64,000 nucleotides of DNA from the human T2T-CHM13v2.0 reference genome, Homo sapiens: NCBI RefSeq assembly GCF_009914755.1, contig NC_060925.1, one strand, 5' to 3'. Positions 1 to 14,599 of the stretch are shown in pieces. The first letter of the stretch is position 1. Each line of letters begins with the position of its first letter. The translations under genes were made by a program, and so were the position numbers. The notes beneath the pieces are model-generated. The model had not been told where the DNA came from. It did no database searches and saw only the letters and a list, made by a program, of their open reading frames with translations.

Positions 1-140
1 TGATCAAATGGAATCGAATGTAATCATCATCAAATGGAATCAAAAATAACCATCATCAATTGGTATTGAATGGAATTGTCATCAAATGGAATTCAAAGGA
101 ATCATCATCAAATGGAACCGAATGGAATCCTCATTGAATG

Positions 141-1076
141 GAAATGAAAGGGGTCATCATCTAATGGAATCGCATGGAATCATCATCAAATGGAATCGAA
201 TGGAATCATCATCAAATGGTATCTAATGGAATCATTGAACAGAATTGAATGGAATCGTCATCGAATGAATTGAATGCAATCATCGAATGGTCTCGAATGG
301 AATCATCTTCTAATGGAAAGGAATGGAATCATCGCATAGAATCGAATGGAATTATCATCGAATGGAATCGAATGGTATCAACACCAAACGGAAAAAAACG
401 GAATTATCGAATGGAATCGAAGAGAATCTTCGAACGGACCCGAATGGAATCATCTAATGGAATGGAATGGAATAATCCATGGACTCGAATGCAATCATCA
501 TCGAATGGAATCGAATGGAATCATCGAATGGACTCGAATGGAATAATCATTGAACGGAATCGAATGGAATCATCATCGGATGGAAACGAATGGAATCATC
601 ATCGAATGGAAATGAAAGGAGTCATCATCTAACGGAATTGCATGGAATCATCATAAAATGGAATCGAATGGAATCAACATCAAATGGAATCAAATGGAAT
701 CATTGAACGGAATTGAATGGAATCGTCATCGAATGAATTGACTGCAATCATCGAATGGTCTCGAATGGAATCATCTTCAAATGGAATGGAATGGAATCAT
801 CGCATAGAATCGAATGGAATTATCATCGAATGGAATCGAATGGAATCAACATCAAACGGAAAAAAACGGAATTATCGAATGGAATCGAAGAGAATCATCG
901 AATGGACCCGAATGGAATCATCTAATGGAATGGAATGGAATAATCCATGGACTCGAATGCAATCATCATCGAATGGAATCGAATGGAATCATCGAATGGA
1001 CTCGAATGGAATAATCATTGAACGGAATCGAATGGAATCATCATCGGATGGAAATGAATGGAATCATCATCGAATG
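141..1076 (+). repeat. Internal 468-bp tandem subrepeat pair (A 141-608, B 609-~1076) within each unit
   Basis: gaaatgaaagg(g/a)gtcatcatct at 141 and 609; paralogous ORFs at 249/717 and 346/814 are offset by 468. Diagnostic A/B differences: gaatgc/gactgc, ggaaagg/ggaatgg, ggtatcaacacc/ggaatcaacatc, cttcgaacgg/catcgaatgg. Confidence 0.95.
224..234 (+). promoter_or_regulatory. Putative DUX4-type double-homeodomain motif TAATGGAATCA (recurs at this position in the units)
   Basis: Matches the TAAYBBAATCA consensus as I recall it; DUX4 is known to bind and activate HSATII. This is a motif match only. Confidence 0.45.
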
Positions 1077-1156
1077 GAATCGAATAGAATTATGGAATGA
1101 AATCCAGCGTGATCATCATCGAATGGACCCGAATGGAATCATCATCCAACGGAAGC

Positions 1157-1167
1157 TAATGGAATCA
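1157..1167 (+). promoter_or_regulatory. Second putative DUX4-type motif TAATGGAATCA (long and 1308-bp units only)
   Basis: ggaagcTAATGGAATCAac lies inside the segment removed by the 713-bp deletion. Confidence 0.42.
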
Positions 1168-4100
1168 ACATCGAATGAATCGAATGGAAACACCATCGAA
1201 TTGAAACGAATGGAATTATAATGAAATTGAAATGGATGGACTCATCATCGAATGGATTCGAATGGAATCATCGAATAAAATTGATTGAAATCATCATCCA
1301 ATGGAATCGAATGGTATCATTGAATGGAATCGAATGGAATCATCATCAGATGGAAATGAATGGAATCGTCATAGAATGGAATCGAATGGATTCATTGAAT
1401 GGAATCAGATGGAATCATCGAATGGACTGGAATGGAATCATTGAATGGACTCGAAAGGGATCATGATTGAATGGAATTGAATGGAATCATCGAATGGTCT
1501 CGATTGGAATCATTATCAAATGGAATCGAATGGAATCACCGAATAGAATCGAATGGAACAATCATCGAATGGACTCAAATGGAATTATCCTCCAATGGAA
1601 TCGAATGGAATTATCGAATGCAATCGAATGGAATTATCGAATGCAATCGAATAGAATCATCGAATGGACTCGAATGGAATCATCGAATGGAATGGAATGG
1701 AACAGTCAATGAACTCGAATGGAATCATCATTGAATGGAATCGAATGGAATCATCGAGTGGAATCGAATGGAATTATGATCAAATGGAATCGAATGTAAT
1801 CATCATCAAATGGAATCAAAAATAACCATCATCAATTGGTATTGAATGGAATTGTCATCAAATGGAATTCAAAGGAATCATCATCAAATGGAACCGAATG
1901 GAATCCTCATTGAATGGAAATGAAAGGGGTCATCATCTAATGGAATCGCATGGAATCATCATCAAATGGAATCGAATGGAATCATCATCAAATGGAATCT
2001 AATGGAATCATTGAACAGAATTGAATGGAATCGTCATCGAATGAATTGAATGCAATCATCGAATGGTCTCGAATGGAATCATCTTCTAATGGAAAGGAAT
2101 GGAAGCATCGCATAGAATCGAATGGAATTATCATCGAATGGAATCGAATGGTATCAACACCAAACGGAAAAAAACGGAATTATCGAATGGAATCGAAGAG
2201 AATCTTCGAACGGACCCGAATGGAATCATCTAATGGAATGGAATGGAATAATCCATGGACTCGAATGCAATCATCATCGAATGGAATCGAATGGAATCAT
2301 CGAATGGACTTGAATGGAATAATCATTGAACGGAATCGATTGGAATCATCATCGGATGGAAACGAATGGAATCATCATCGAATGGAAATGAAAGGAGTCA
2401 TCATCTAATGGAATTGCATGGAATCATCATAAAATGGAATCGAATGGAATCAACATCAAATGGAATCAAATGGAATCATTGAACGGAATTGAATGGAATC
2501 GTCATCGAATGAATTGACTGCAATCATCCAATGGTCTCGAATGGAATCATCTTCAAGTGGAATGGAATGGAATCATCGCATAGAATCGAATGGAATTATC
2601 ATCGAATGGAATCGAATGGAATCAACATCCAACGGAAAAAAACGGAATTATCGAATGGAATCGAAGAGAATCATCGAATGGACCCGAATGGAATCATCTA
2701 ATGGAATGGAATGGAATAATCCATGGACTCGAATGCAATCATCATCGAATGGAATCGAATGGAATCATCGAATGGACTCGAATGGAATAATCATTGAACG
2801 GAATCGAATGGAATCATCATCGGATGGAAATGAATGGAATCATCATCGAATGGAATCGAATAGAATTATGGAATGAAATCCAGTGTGATCATCATCGAAT
2901 GGACCCGAATGGAATCATCATCCAACGGAAGCTAATGGAATCAACATCGAATGAATCAAATGGAAACACCATCGAATTGAAACGAATGGAATTATCATGA
3001 AATTGAAATGGATGGACTCATCATCGAATGGATTCGAATGGAATCATCGAATAAAATTGATTGAAATCATCATCGAATGGAATCGAATGGTATCATTGAA
3101 AGGAATCGAATGGAATCATCATCAGATGGAAATGAATGGAATCGTCATAGAATGGAATCGAATGGATTCATTGAATTGAATCAGATGGAATCATCGAATG
3201 GACTGGAATGGAATCATTGAATGGACTCGAAAGGGATCATGATTGAATGGAATTGAATGGAATCATCGAATGGTCTCGATTGGAATCATTATCAAATGGA
3301 ATCGAATGGAATCACCGAATAGAATCGAATGGAACAATCATCGAATGGACTCAAATGGAATTATCCTCAAATGGAATCGAATGGAATTATCGAATGCAAT
3401 CGAATGGAATTATCGATTGCAATCGAATAGAATCATCGAATGGACTCGAATGGAATCATCGAATGGAATGGAATGGAACAGTCAATGAACTCGAATGGAA
3501 TCATCATTGAATGGAATCGAATGGAATCATCGAGTGGAATCGAATGGAATTATGATCAAATGGAATCGAATGTAATCATCATCAAATGGAATCAAAAATA
3601 ACCATCATCAATTGGTATTGAATGGAATTGTCATCAAATGGAATTCAAAGGAATCATCATCAAATGGAACCGAATGGAATCCTCATTGAATGGAAATGAA
3701 AGGGGTCATCATCTAATGGAATCGCATGGAATCATCATCTAATGGAATCGAATGGAATCATCATCAAATGGAATCTAATGGAATCATTGAACAGAATGGA
3801 ATGGAATCATCATCGAATGAATTGAATGCAATCATCGAATGGTCTCGAATGGAATCATCTTCTAATGGAAAGGAATGGAATCATCGCATAGAATCGAATG
3901 GAATTATCATCGAATGGAATCGAATGGTATCAACACCAAACGGAAAAAAACGGAATTATCGAATGGAATCGAAGAGAATCTTCGAACGGACCCGAATGGA
4001 ATCATCTAATGGAATGGAATGGAATAATCCATGGACTCGAATGCAATCATCATCGAATGGAATCGAATGGAATCATCGAATGGACTCGAATGGAATAATC

Positions 4101-5416
4101 ATTGAACGGAATCGAATGGAATCATCATCGGATGGAAACGAATGGAATCATCATCGAATGGAAATGAAAGGAGTCATCATCTAATGGAATTGCATGGAAT
4201 CATCATAAAATGGAATCGAATGGAATCAACATCAAATGGAATCAAATGGAATCATTGAACGGAATTGAATGGAATCGTCATCGAATGAATTGACTGCAAT
4301 CATCCAATGGTCTCGAATGGAATCATCTTCAAATGGAATGGAATGGAATCATCGCATAGAATCGAATGGAATTATCATCGAATGGAATCGAATGGAATCA
4401 ACATCAAACGGAAAAAAACGGAATTATCGAATGGAATCGAAGAGAATCATCGAATGGACCCGAATGGAATCATCTAATGGAATGGAATGGAATAATCCAT
4501 GGACTCGAATGCAATCATCATCGAATGGAATCGAATGGAATCATCGAATGGACTCGAATGGAATAATCATTGAACGGAATCGAATGGAATCATCATCGGA
4601 TGGAAATGAATGGAATCATCATCGAATGGAATCGAATAGAATTATGGAATGAAATCCAGTGTGATCATCATCGAATGGACCCGAATGGAATCATCATCCA
4701 ACGGAAGCTAATGGAATCAACATCGAATGAATCAAATGGAAACACCATCGAATTGAAACGAATGGAATTATCATGAAATTGAAATGGATGGACTCATCAT
4801 CGAATGGATTCGAATGGAATCATCGAATAAAATTGATTGAAATCATCATCGAATGGAATCGAATGGTATCATTGAATGGAATCGAATGGAATCATCATCA
4901 GATGGAAATGAATGGAATCGTCATAGAATGGAATCGAATGGATTCATTGAATGGAATCAGATGGAATCATCGAATGGAATGGAATGGAATCATTGAATGG
5001 ACTCGAAAGGGATCATGATTGAATGGAATTGAATGGAATCATCGAATGGTCTCGATTGGAATCATTATCAAATGGAATCGAATGGAATCACCGAATAGAA
5101 TCGAATGGAACAATCATCGAATGGACTCAAATGGAATTATCCTCAAATGGAATCGAATGGAATTATCGAATGCAATCGAATGGAATTATCGAATGCAATC
5201 GAATAGAATCATCGAATGGACTCGAATGGAATCATCGAATGGAATGGAATGGAACAGTCAATGAACTCGAATGGAATCATCATTGAATGGAATCGAATGG
5301 AATCATCGAGTGGAATCGAATGGAATTATGATCAAATGGAATCGAATGTAATCATCATCAAATGGAATCAAAAATAACCATCATCAATTGGTATTGAATG
5401 GAATTGTCATCAAATG

Positions 5417-6479
5417 GAATTCAAAGGAATCATCATCAAATGGAACCGAATGGAATCCTCATTGAATGGAAATGAAAGGGGTCATCATCTAATGGAATCG
5501 CATGGAATCATCATCAAATGGAATCGAATGGAATCATCATCAAATGGAATCTAATGGAATCATTGAACAGAATTGAATGGAATCGTCATCGAATGAATTG
5601 AATGCAATCATCGAATGGTCTCGAATGGAATCATCTTCTAATGGAAAGGAATGGAATCATCGCATAGAATCGAATGGAATTATCATCGAATGGAATCGAA
5701 TGGTATCAACACCAAACGGAAAAAAACGGAATTATCGAATGGAATCGAAGAGAATCTTCGAACGGACCCGAATGGAATCATCTAATGGAATGGAATGGAA
5801 TAATCCATGGACTCGAATGCAATCATCATCGAATGGAATCGAATGGAATCATCGAATGGACTCGAATGGAATAATCATTGAACGGAATCGAATGGAATCA
5901 TCATCGGATGGAAACGAATGGAATCAACATCGAATTGAAATGAAAGGAGTCATCATCTAATGGAATTGCATGGAATCATCATAAAATGGAATCGAATGGA
6001 ATCAACATCAAATGGAATCAAATGGAATCATTGAACGGAATTGAATGGAATCGTCATCGAATGAATTGACTGCAATCATCGAATGGTCTCGAATGGAATC
6101 ATCTTCAAATGGAATGGAATGGAATCATCGCATAGAATCGAATGGAATTATTATCGAATGGAATCGAATGGAATCAACATCAAACGGAAAAAAACGGAAT
6201 TATCGAATGGAATCGAAGAGAATCATCGAATGGACCCAAATGGAATCATCTAATGGAATGGAATGGAATAATCCATGGACTCGAATGCAATCATCATCGA
6301 ATGGAATCGAATGGAATCATCGAATGAACTCGAATGGAATCATCATTGAATGGAATCGAATGGAATCATCGAGTGGAATCGAATGGAATTATGATCAAAT
6401 GGAATCGAATGTAATCATCATCAAATGGAATCAAAAATAACCATCATCAATTGGTATTGAATGGAATTGTCATCAAATG
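5417..6479 (+). repeat. Short 1063-bp unit (713-bp deletion); also 11091-12153, 23144-24206, 27736-28798, 40032-41094, 44624-45686
   Basis: The junction atcatcgaatg|aactcg at ~6326 joins subrepeat B (consensus position ~998) to the unit tail (~1711). The ccagtgtgat/ggaagct/aaagggat region is absent. Confidence 0.93.
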
Positions 6480-8255
6480 GAATTCAAAGGAATCATCATC
6501 AAATGGAACCGAATGGAATCCTCATTGAATGGAAATGAAAGGGGTCATCATCTAATGGAATCGCATGGAATCATCATCAAATGGAATCGAATGGAATCAT
6601 CATCAAATGGAATCTAATGGAATCATTGAACAGAATTGAATGGAATCGTCATCGAATGAATTGAATGCAATCATCGAATGGTCTCGAATGGAATCATCTT
6701 CTAATGGAAAGGAATGGAATCATCGCATAGAATCGAATGGAATTATCATCGAATGGAATCGAATGGTATCAACACCAAACGGAAAAAAACGGAATTATCG
6801 AATGGAATCGAAGAGAATCTTCGAACGGACCCGAATGGAATCATCTAATGGAATGGAATGGAATAATCCATGGACTCGAATGCAATCATCATCGAATGGA
6901 ATCAAATGGAATCATCGAATGGACTCGAATGGAATAATCATTGAACGGAATCGAATGGAATCATCATCGGATGGAAACGAATGGAATCATCATCGAATGG
7001 AAATGAAAGGAGTCATCATCTAATGGAAATGCATGGAATCATCATAAAATGGAATCGAATGGAATCAACATCAAATGGAATCAAATGGAATCATTGAACG
7101 GAATTGAATGGAATCGTCATCGAATGAATTGAATGCAATCATCGAATGGTCTCGAATGGAATCATCTTCAAATGGAATGGAATGGAATCATCGCATAGAA
7201 TCGAATGGAATTATCATCGAATGGAATCGAATGGAATCAACATCAAACGGAAAAAAACGGAATTATCGAATGGAATCGAAGAGAATCATCGAATGGACCC
7301 GAATGGAATCATCTAATGGAATGGAATGGAATAATCCATGGACTCGAATGCAATCATCATCGAATGGAATCGAATGGAATCATCGAATGGACTCGAATGG
7401 AATAATCATTGAACGGAAACGAATGGAATCATCATCGGATGGAAATGAATGGAATCATCATCGAATAGAATCGAATAGAATTATGGAATGAAATCCAGTG
7501 TGATCATCATCGAATGGACCCGAATGGAATCATCATCCAACGGAAGCTAATGGAATCAACATCGAATGAATCGAATGGAAACACCATCGAATTGAAACGA
7601 ATGGAATTATCATGAAATTGAAATGGATGGACTCATCATCGAATGGATTCGAATGGAATCATCGAATAAAATTGATTGAAATCATCATCGAATGGAATCG
7701 AATGGTATCATTGAATGGAATCGAATGGAATCATCATCAGATGGAAATGAATGGAATCGTCATAGAATGGAATCGAATGGATTCATTGAATGGAATCAGA
7801 TGGAATCATCGAATGGACTGGAATGGAATCATTGAATGGACTCGAAAGGGATCATGATTGAATGGAATTTAATGGAATCATCGAATGGTCTCGATTGGAA
7901 TCATTATCAAATGGAATCGAATGGAATCACCGAATAGAATCGAATGGAACAATCATCGAATGGACTCAAATGGAATTATCCTCAAATGGAATCGAATAGA
8001 ATTATCGAATGCAATCGAATGGAATTATCGATTGCAATCGAATAGAATCATCGAATGGACTCGAATGGAATCATCGAATGGAATGGAATGGAACAGTCAA
8101 TGAACTCGAATGGAATCATCATTGAATGGAATCGAATGGAATCATCGAGTGGAATCGAATGGAATTATGATCAAATGGAATCGAATGTAATCATCATCAA
8201 ATGGAATCAAAAATAACCATCATCAATTGGTATTGAATGGAATTGTCATCAAATG

Positions 8256-9314
8256 GAATTCAAAGGAATCATCATCAAATGGAACCGAATGGAATCCTCA
8301 TTGAATGGAAATGAAAGGGGTCATCATCTAATGGAATCGCATGGAATCATCATCAAATGGAATCGAATGGAATCATCATCAAATGGAATCTAATGGAATC
8401 ATTGAACAGAATTGAATGGAATGGTCATCGAATGAATTGAATGCAATCATCGAATGGTCTCGAATGGAATCATCTTCTAATGGAAAGGAATGGAATCATC
8501 GCATAGAATCGAATGGAATTATCATCGAATGGAATCGAATGGTATCAACACCAAACGGAAAAAAACGGAATTATCGAATGGAATCGAAGAGAATCTTCGA
8601 ACGGACCCGAATGGAATCATCTAATGGAATGGAATGGAATAATCCATGGACTCGAATGCAATCATCATCGAATGGAATCGAATGGAATCATCGAATGGAC
8701 TCGAATGGAATAATCATTGAACGGAATCGAATGGAATCATCATCGGATGGAAACGAATGGAATCATCATCGAATGGAAATGAAAGGAGTCATCATCTAAT
8801 GGAATTGCATGGAATCATCATAAAATGGAATCGAATGGAATCAACATCAAATGGAATCAAATGGAATCATTGAACGGAATTGAATGGAATCGTCATCGAA
8901 TGAATTGACTGCAATCATCGAATGGTCTCGGAATCATCTTCAAATGGAATGGAATGGAATCATCGCATAGAATCGAATGGAATTATCATCGAATGGAATC
9001 GAATGGAATCAACATCAAACGGAAAAAACCGGAATTATCGAATGGAATCGAAGAGAATCATCGAATGGACCCGAATGGAATCATCTAATGGAATGGAATG
9101 GAATAATCCATGGACTCGAATGCAATCATCATCGAATGGAATCGAATGGAATCATCGAATGAACTCGAATGGAATCATCATTGAATGGAATCGAATGGAA
9201 TCATCGAGTGGAATCGAATGGAATTATGATCAAATGGAATCGAATGTAATCATCATCAAATGGAATCAAAAATAACCATCATCAATTGGTATTGAATGGA
9301 ATTGTCATCAAATG
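8256..9314 (+). repeat. Short 1059-bp unit (713-bp plus 4-bp deletion); also 13930-14988, 16765-17823, 35425-36483, 52313-53371, 60515-61573
   Basis: Same 713-bp junction as the 1063-bp unit, plus ggtctcg|gaatc (loss of aatg) at ~8930. Confidence 0.93.
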
Positions 9315-12300
9315 GAATTCAAAGGAATCATCATCAAATGGATCCGAATGGAATCCTCATTGAATGGAAATGAAAGGGGTCATCATCTAATGGAATCGCA
9401 TGGAATCATCATCAAATGGAATCGAATGGAATCATCATCAAATGGAATCTAATGGAATCATTGAACAGAATTGAATGGAATCGTCATCGAATGAATTGAA
9501 TGCAATCATCGAATGGTCTCGAATGGAATCATCTTCTAATGGAAAGGAATGGAATCATCGCATAGAATCGAATGGAATTATCATCGAATGGAATCGAATG
9601 GTATCAACACCAAACGGAAAAAAACGGAATTATCGAATGGAATCGAAGAGAATCTTCGAACGGACCCGAATGGAATCATCTAATGGAATGGAATGGAATA
9701 ATCCATGGACTCGAATGCAATCATCATCGAATGGAATCGAATGGATTCATCGAATGGACTCGAATGGAATAATCATTGAACGGAATCGAATGGAATCATC
9801 ATCGGATGGAAACGAATGGAATCATCATCGAATGGAAATGAAAGGAGTCATCATCTAATGGAATTGCATGGAATCATCATAAAATGGAATCGAATGGAAT
9901 CAACATCAAATGGAATCAAATGGAATCATTGAACGGAATTGAATGGAATCGTCATCGAATGAATTGACTGCAATCATCGAATGGTCTCGAATGGAATCAT
10001 CTTCAAATGGAATGGAATGGAATCATCGCATAGAATCGAATGGAATTATCATCGAATGGAATCGAATGGAATCAACATCAAACGGAAAAAAACGGAATTA
10101 TCGAATGGAATCGAAGAGAATCATCGAATGGACCCGAATGGAATCATCTAATGGAATGGAATGGAATAATCCATGGACTCGAATGCAATCATCATCGAAT
10201 GGAATCGAATGGAATCATCGAATGGACTCGAATGGAATAATCATTGAACGGAATCGAATGGAATCATCATCGGATGGAAATGAATGGAATCATCATCGAA
10301 TGGAATCGAATAGAATTATGGAATGAAATCCAGTGTGATCATCATCGAATGGACCCGAATGGAATCATCATCCAACGGAAGCTAATGGAATCAACATCGA
10401 ATGAATCAAATGGAAACACCATCGAATTGAAACGAATGGAATTATCATGAAATTGAAATGGATGGACTCATCATCGAATGGATTCGAATGGAATCATCGA
10501 ATAAAATTGATTGAAATCATCATCGAATGGAATCGAATGGTATCATTGAATGGAATCGAATGGAATCATCATCAGATGGAAATGAATGGAATCGTCATAG
10601 AATGGAATCGAATGGATTCATTGAATGGAATCAGATGGAATCATCGAATGGACTGGAATGGAATCATTGAATGGACTCGAAAGGGATCATGATTGAATGG
10701 AATTGAATGGAATCATCGAATGGTCTCGATTGGAATCATTATCAAATGGAATCGAATGGAATCACCGAATAGAATCGAATGGAACAATCATCGAATGGAC
10801 TCAAATGGAATTATCCTCAAATGGAATCGAATGGAATTATCGAATGCAATCGAATGGAATTATCGAATGCAATCGAATAGAATCATCGAATGGACTCGAA
10901 TGGAATCATCGAATGGAATGGAATGGAACAGTCAATGAACTCGAATGGAATCATCATTGAATGGAATCGAATGGAATCATCGAGTGGAATCGAATGGAAT
11001 TATGATCAAATGGAATCGAATGTAATCATCATCAAATGGAATCAAAAATAACCATCATCAATTGGTATTGAATGGAATTGTCATCAAATGGAATTCAAAG
11101 GAATCATCATCAAATGGAACCGAATGGAATCCTCATTGAATGGAAATGAAAGGGGTCATCATCTAATGGAATCGCATGGAATCATCATCAAATGGAATCG
11201 AATGGAATCATCATCAAATGGAATCTAATGGAATCATTGAACAGAATTGAATGGAATCGTCATCGAATGAATTGAATGCAATCATCGAATGGTCTCGAAT
11301 GGAATCATCTTCTAATGGAAAGGAATGGAATCATCGCATAGAATCGAATGGAATTATCATCGAATGGAATCGAATGGTATCAACACCAAACGGAAAAAAA
11401 CGGAATTATCGAATGGAATCGAAGAGAATCTTCGAACGGACCCGAATGGAATCATCTAATGGAATGGAATGGAATAATCCATGGACTCGAATGCAATCAT
11501 CATCGAATGGAATCGAATGGAATCATCGAATGGACTCGAATGGAATAATCATTGAACGGAATCGAATGGAATCATCATCGGATGGAAACGAATGGAATCA
11601 ACATCGAATTGAAATGAAAGGAGTCATCATCTAATGGAATTGCATGGAATCATCATAAAATGGAATCGAATGGAATCAACATCAAATGGAATCAAATGGA
11701 ATCATTGAACGGAATTGAATGGAATCGTCATCGAATGAATTGACTGCAATCATCGAATGGTCTCGAATGGAATCATCTTCAAATGGAATGGAATGGAATC
11801 ATCGCATAGAATCGAATGGAATTATCATCGAATGGAATCGAATGGAATCAACATCAAACGGAAAAAAACGGAATTATCGAATGGAATCGAAGAGAATCAT
11901 CGAATGGACCCAAATGGAATCATCTAATGGAATGGAATGGAATAATCCATGGACTCGAATGCAATCATCATCGAATGGAATCGAATGGAATCATCGAATG
12001 AACTCGAATGGAATCATCATTGAATGGAATCGAATGGAATCATCGAGTGGAATCGAATGGAATTATGATCAAATGGAATCGAATGTAATCATCATCAAAT
12101 GGAATCAAAAATAACCATCATCAATTGGTATTGAATGGAATTGTCATCAAATGGAATTCAAAGGAATCATCATCAAATGGAACCGAATGGAATCCTCATT
12201 GAATGGAAATGAAAGGGGTCATCATCTAATGGAATCGCATGGAATCATCATCAAATGGAATCGAATGGAATCATCATCAAATGGAATCTAATGGAATCAT

Positions 12301-14599
12301 TGAACAGAATTGAATGGAATCGTCATCGAATGAATTGAATGCAATCATCGAATGGTCTCGAATGGAATCATCTTCTAATGGAAAGGAATGGAATCATCGC
12401 ATAGAATCGAATGGAATTATCATCGAATGGAATCGAATGGTATCAACACCAAACGGAAAAAAACGGAATTATCGAATGGAATCGAAGAGAATCTTCGAAC
12501 GGACCCGAATGGAATCATCTAATGGAATGGAATGGAATAATCCATGGACTCGAATGCAATCATCATCGAATGGAATCGAATGGAATCATCGAATGGACTC
12601 GAATGGAATAATCATTGAACGGAATCGAATGGAATCATCATCGGATGGAAACGAATGGAATCATCATCGAATGGAAATGAAAGGAGTCATCATCTAATGG
12701 AAATGCATGGAATCATCATAAAATGGAATCGAATGGAATCAACATCAAATGGAATCAAATGGAATCATTGAACGGAATTGAATGGAATCGTCATCGAATG
12801 AATTGAATGCAATCATCGAATGGTCTCGAATGGAATCATCTTCAAATGGAATGGAATGGAATCATCGCATAGAATCGAATGGAATTATCATCGAATGGAA
12901 TCGAATGGAATCAACATCAAACGGAAAAAAACGGAATTATCGAATGGAATCGAAGAGAATCATCGAATGGACCCGAATGGAATCATCTAATGGAATGGAA
13001 TGGAATAATCCATGGACTCGAATGCAATCATCATCGAATGGAATCGAATGGAATCATCGAATGGACTCGAATGGAATAATCATTGAACGGAAACGAATGG
13101 AATCATCATCGGATGGAAATGAATGGAATCATCATCGAATAGAATCGAATAGAATTATGGAATGAAATCCAGTGTGATCATCATCGAATGGACCCGAATG
13201 GAATCATCATCCAACGGAAGCTAATGGAATCAACATCGAATGAATCGAATGGAAACACCATCGAATTGAAACGAATGGAATTATCATGAAATTGAAATGG
13301 ATGGACTCATCATCGAATGGATTCGAATGGAATCATCGAATAAAATTGATTGAAATCATCATCGAATGGAATCGAATGGTATCATTGAATGGAATCGAAT
13401 GGAATCATCATCAGATGGAAATGAATGGAATCGTCATAGAATGGAATCGAATGGATTCATTGAATGGAATCAGATGGAATCATCGAATGGACTGGAATGG
13501 AATCATTGAATGGACTCGAAAGGGATCATGATTGAATGGAATTTAATGGAATCATCGAATGGTCTCGATTGGAATCATTATCAAATGGAATCGAATGGAA
13601 TCACCGAATAGAATCGAATGGAACAATCATCGAATGGACTCAAATGGAATTATCCTCAAATGGAATCGAATGGAATTATGGAATGCAATCGAATGGAATT
13701 ATCGATTGCAATCGAATAGAATCATCGAATGGACTCGAATGGAATCATCGAATGGAATGGAATGGAACAGTCAATGAACTCGAATGGAATCATCATTGAA
13801 TGGAATCGAATGGAATCATCGAGTGGAATCGAATGCAATTATGATCAAATGGAATCGAATGTAATCATCATCAAATGGAATCAAAAATAACCATCATCAA
13901 TTGGTATTGAATGGAATTGTCATCAAATGGAATTCAAAGGAATCATCATCAAATGGAACCGAATGGAATCCTCATTGAATGGAAATGAAAGGGGTCATCA
14001 TCTAATGGAATCGCATGGAATCATCATCAAATGGAATCGAATGGAATCATCATCAAATGGAATCTAATGGAATCATTGAACAGAATTGAATGGAATGGTC
14101 ATCGAATGAATTGAATGCAATCATCGAATGGTCTCGAATGGAATCACCTTCTAATGGAAAGGAATGGAATCATCGCATAGAATCGAATGGAATTATCATC
14201 GAATGGAATCGAATGGTATCAACACCAAACGGAAAAAAACGGAATTATCGAATGGAATCGAAGAGAATCTTCGAACGGACCCGAATGGAATCATCTAATG
14301 GAATGGAATGGAATAATCCATGGACTCGAATGCAATCATCATCGAATGGAATCGAATGGAATCATCGAATGGACTCGAATGGAATAATCATTGAACGGAA
14401 TCGAATGGAATCATCATCGGATGGAAACGAATGGAATCATCATCGAATGGAAATGAAAGGAGTCATCATCTAATGGAATTGCATGGAATCATCATAAAAT
14501 GGAATCGAATGGAATCAACATCAAATGGAATCAAATGGAATCATTGAACGGAATTGAATGGAATCGTCATCGAATGAATTGACTGCAATCATCGAATGG

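Larger units (their letters stand above)
89..1864 (+). repeat. Canonical 1776-bp repeat unit (EcoRI to EcoRI), consistent with the chr1q12 1.77-kb HSat2 unit
   Basis: GAATTC at 89, 1865, 3641 and 5417 (spacing 1776). The homologous ORF position recurs at 249, 2025, 3801 and 5577. 17 of 41 complete units are exactly 1776 bp. The chromosome assignment rests on the known 1.77-kb EcoRI periodicity of chr1 satellite 2. Confidence 0.9.

Noticed and set aside
422-436. Heat-shock element-like gaatcttcgaa in subrepeat A
   Set aside because: Only two inverted nGAAn units are in phase; a canonical HSE needs three, and the other GAA motifs are head-to-tail.
1282-1293. Short inverted repeat tgatt-ga-aatca as a hairpin or terminator
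   Set aside because: A 5-bp AT-rich stem with a 2-nt loop is too weak to support a function.
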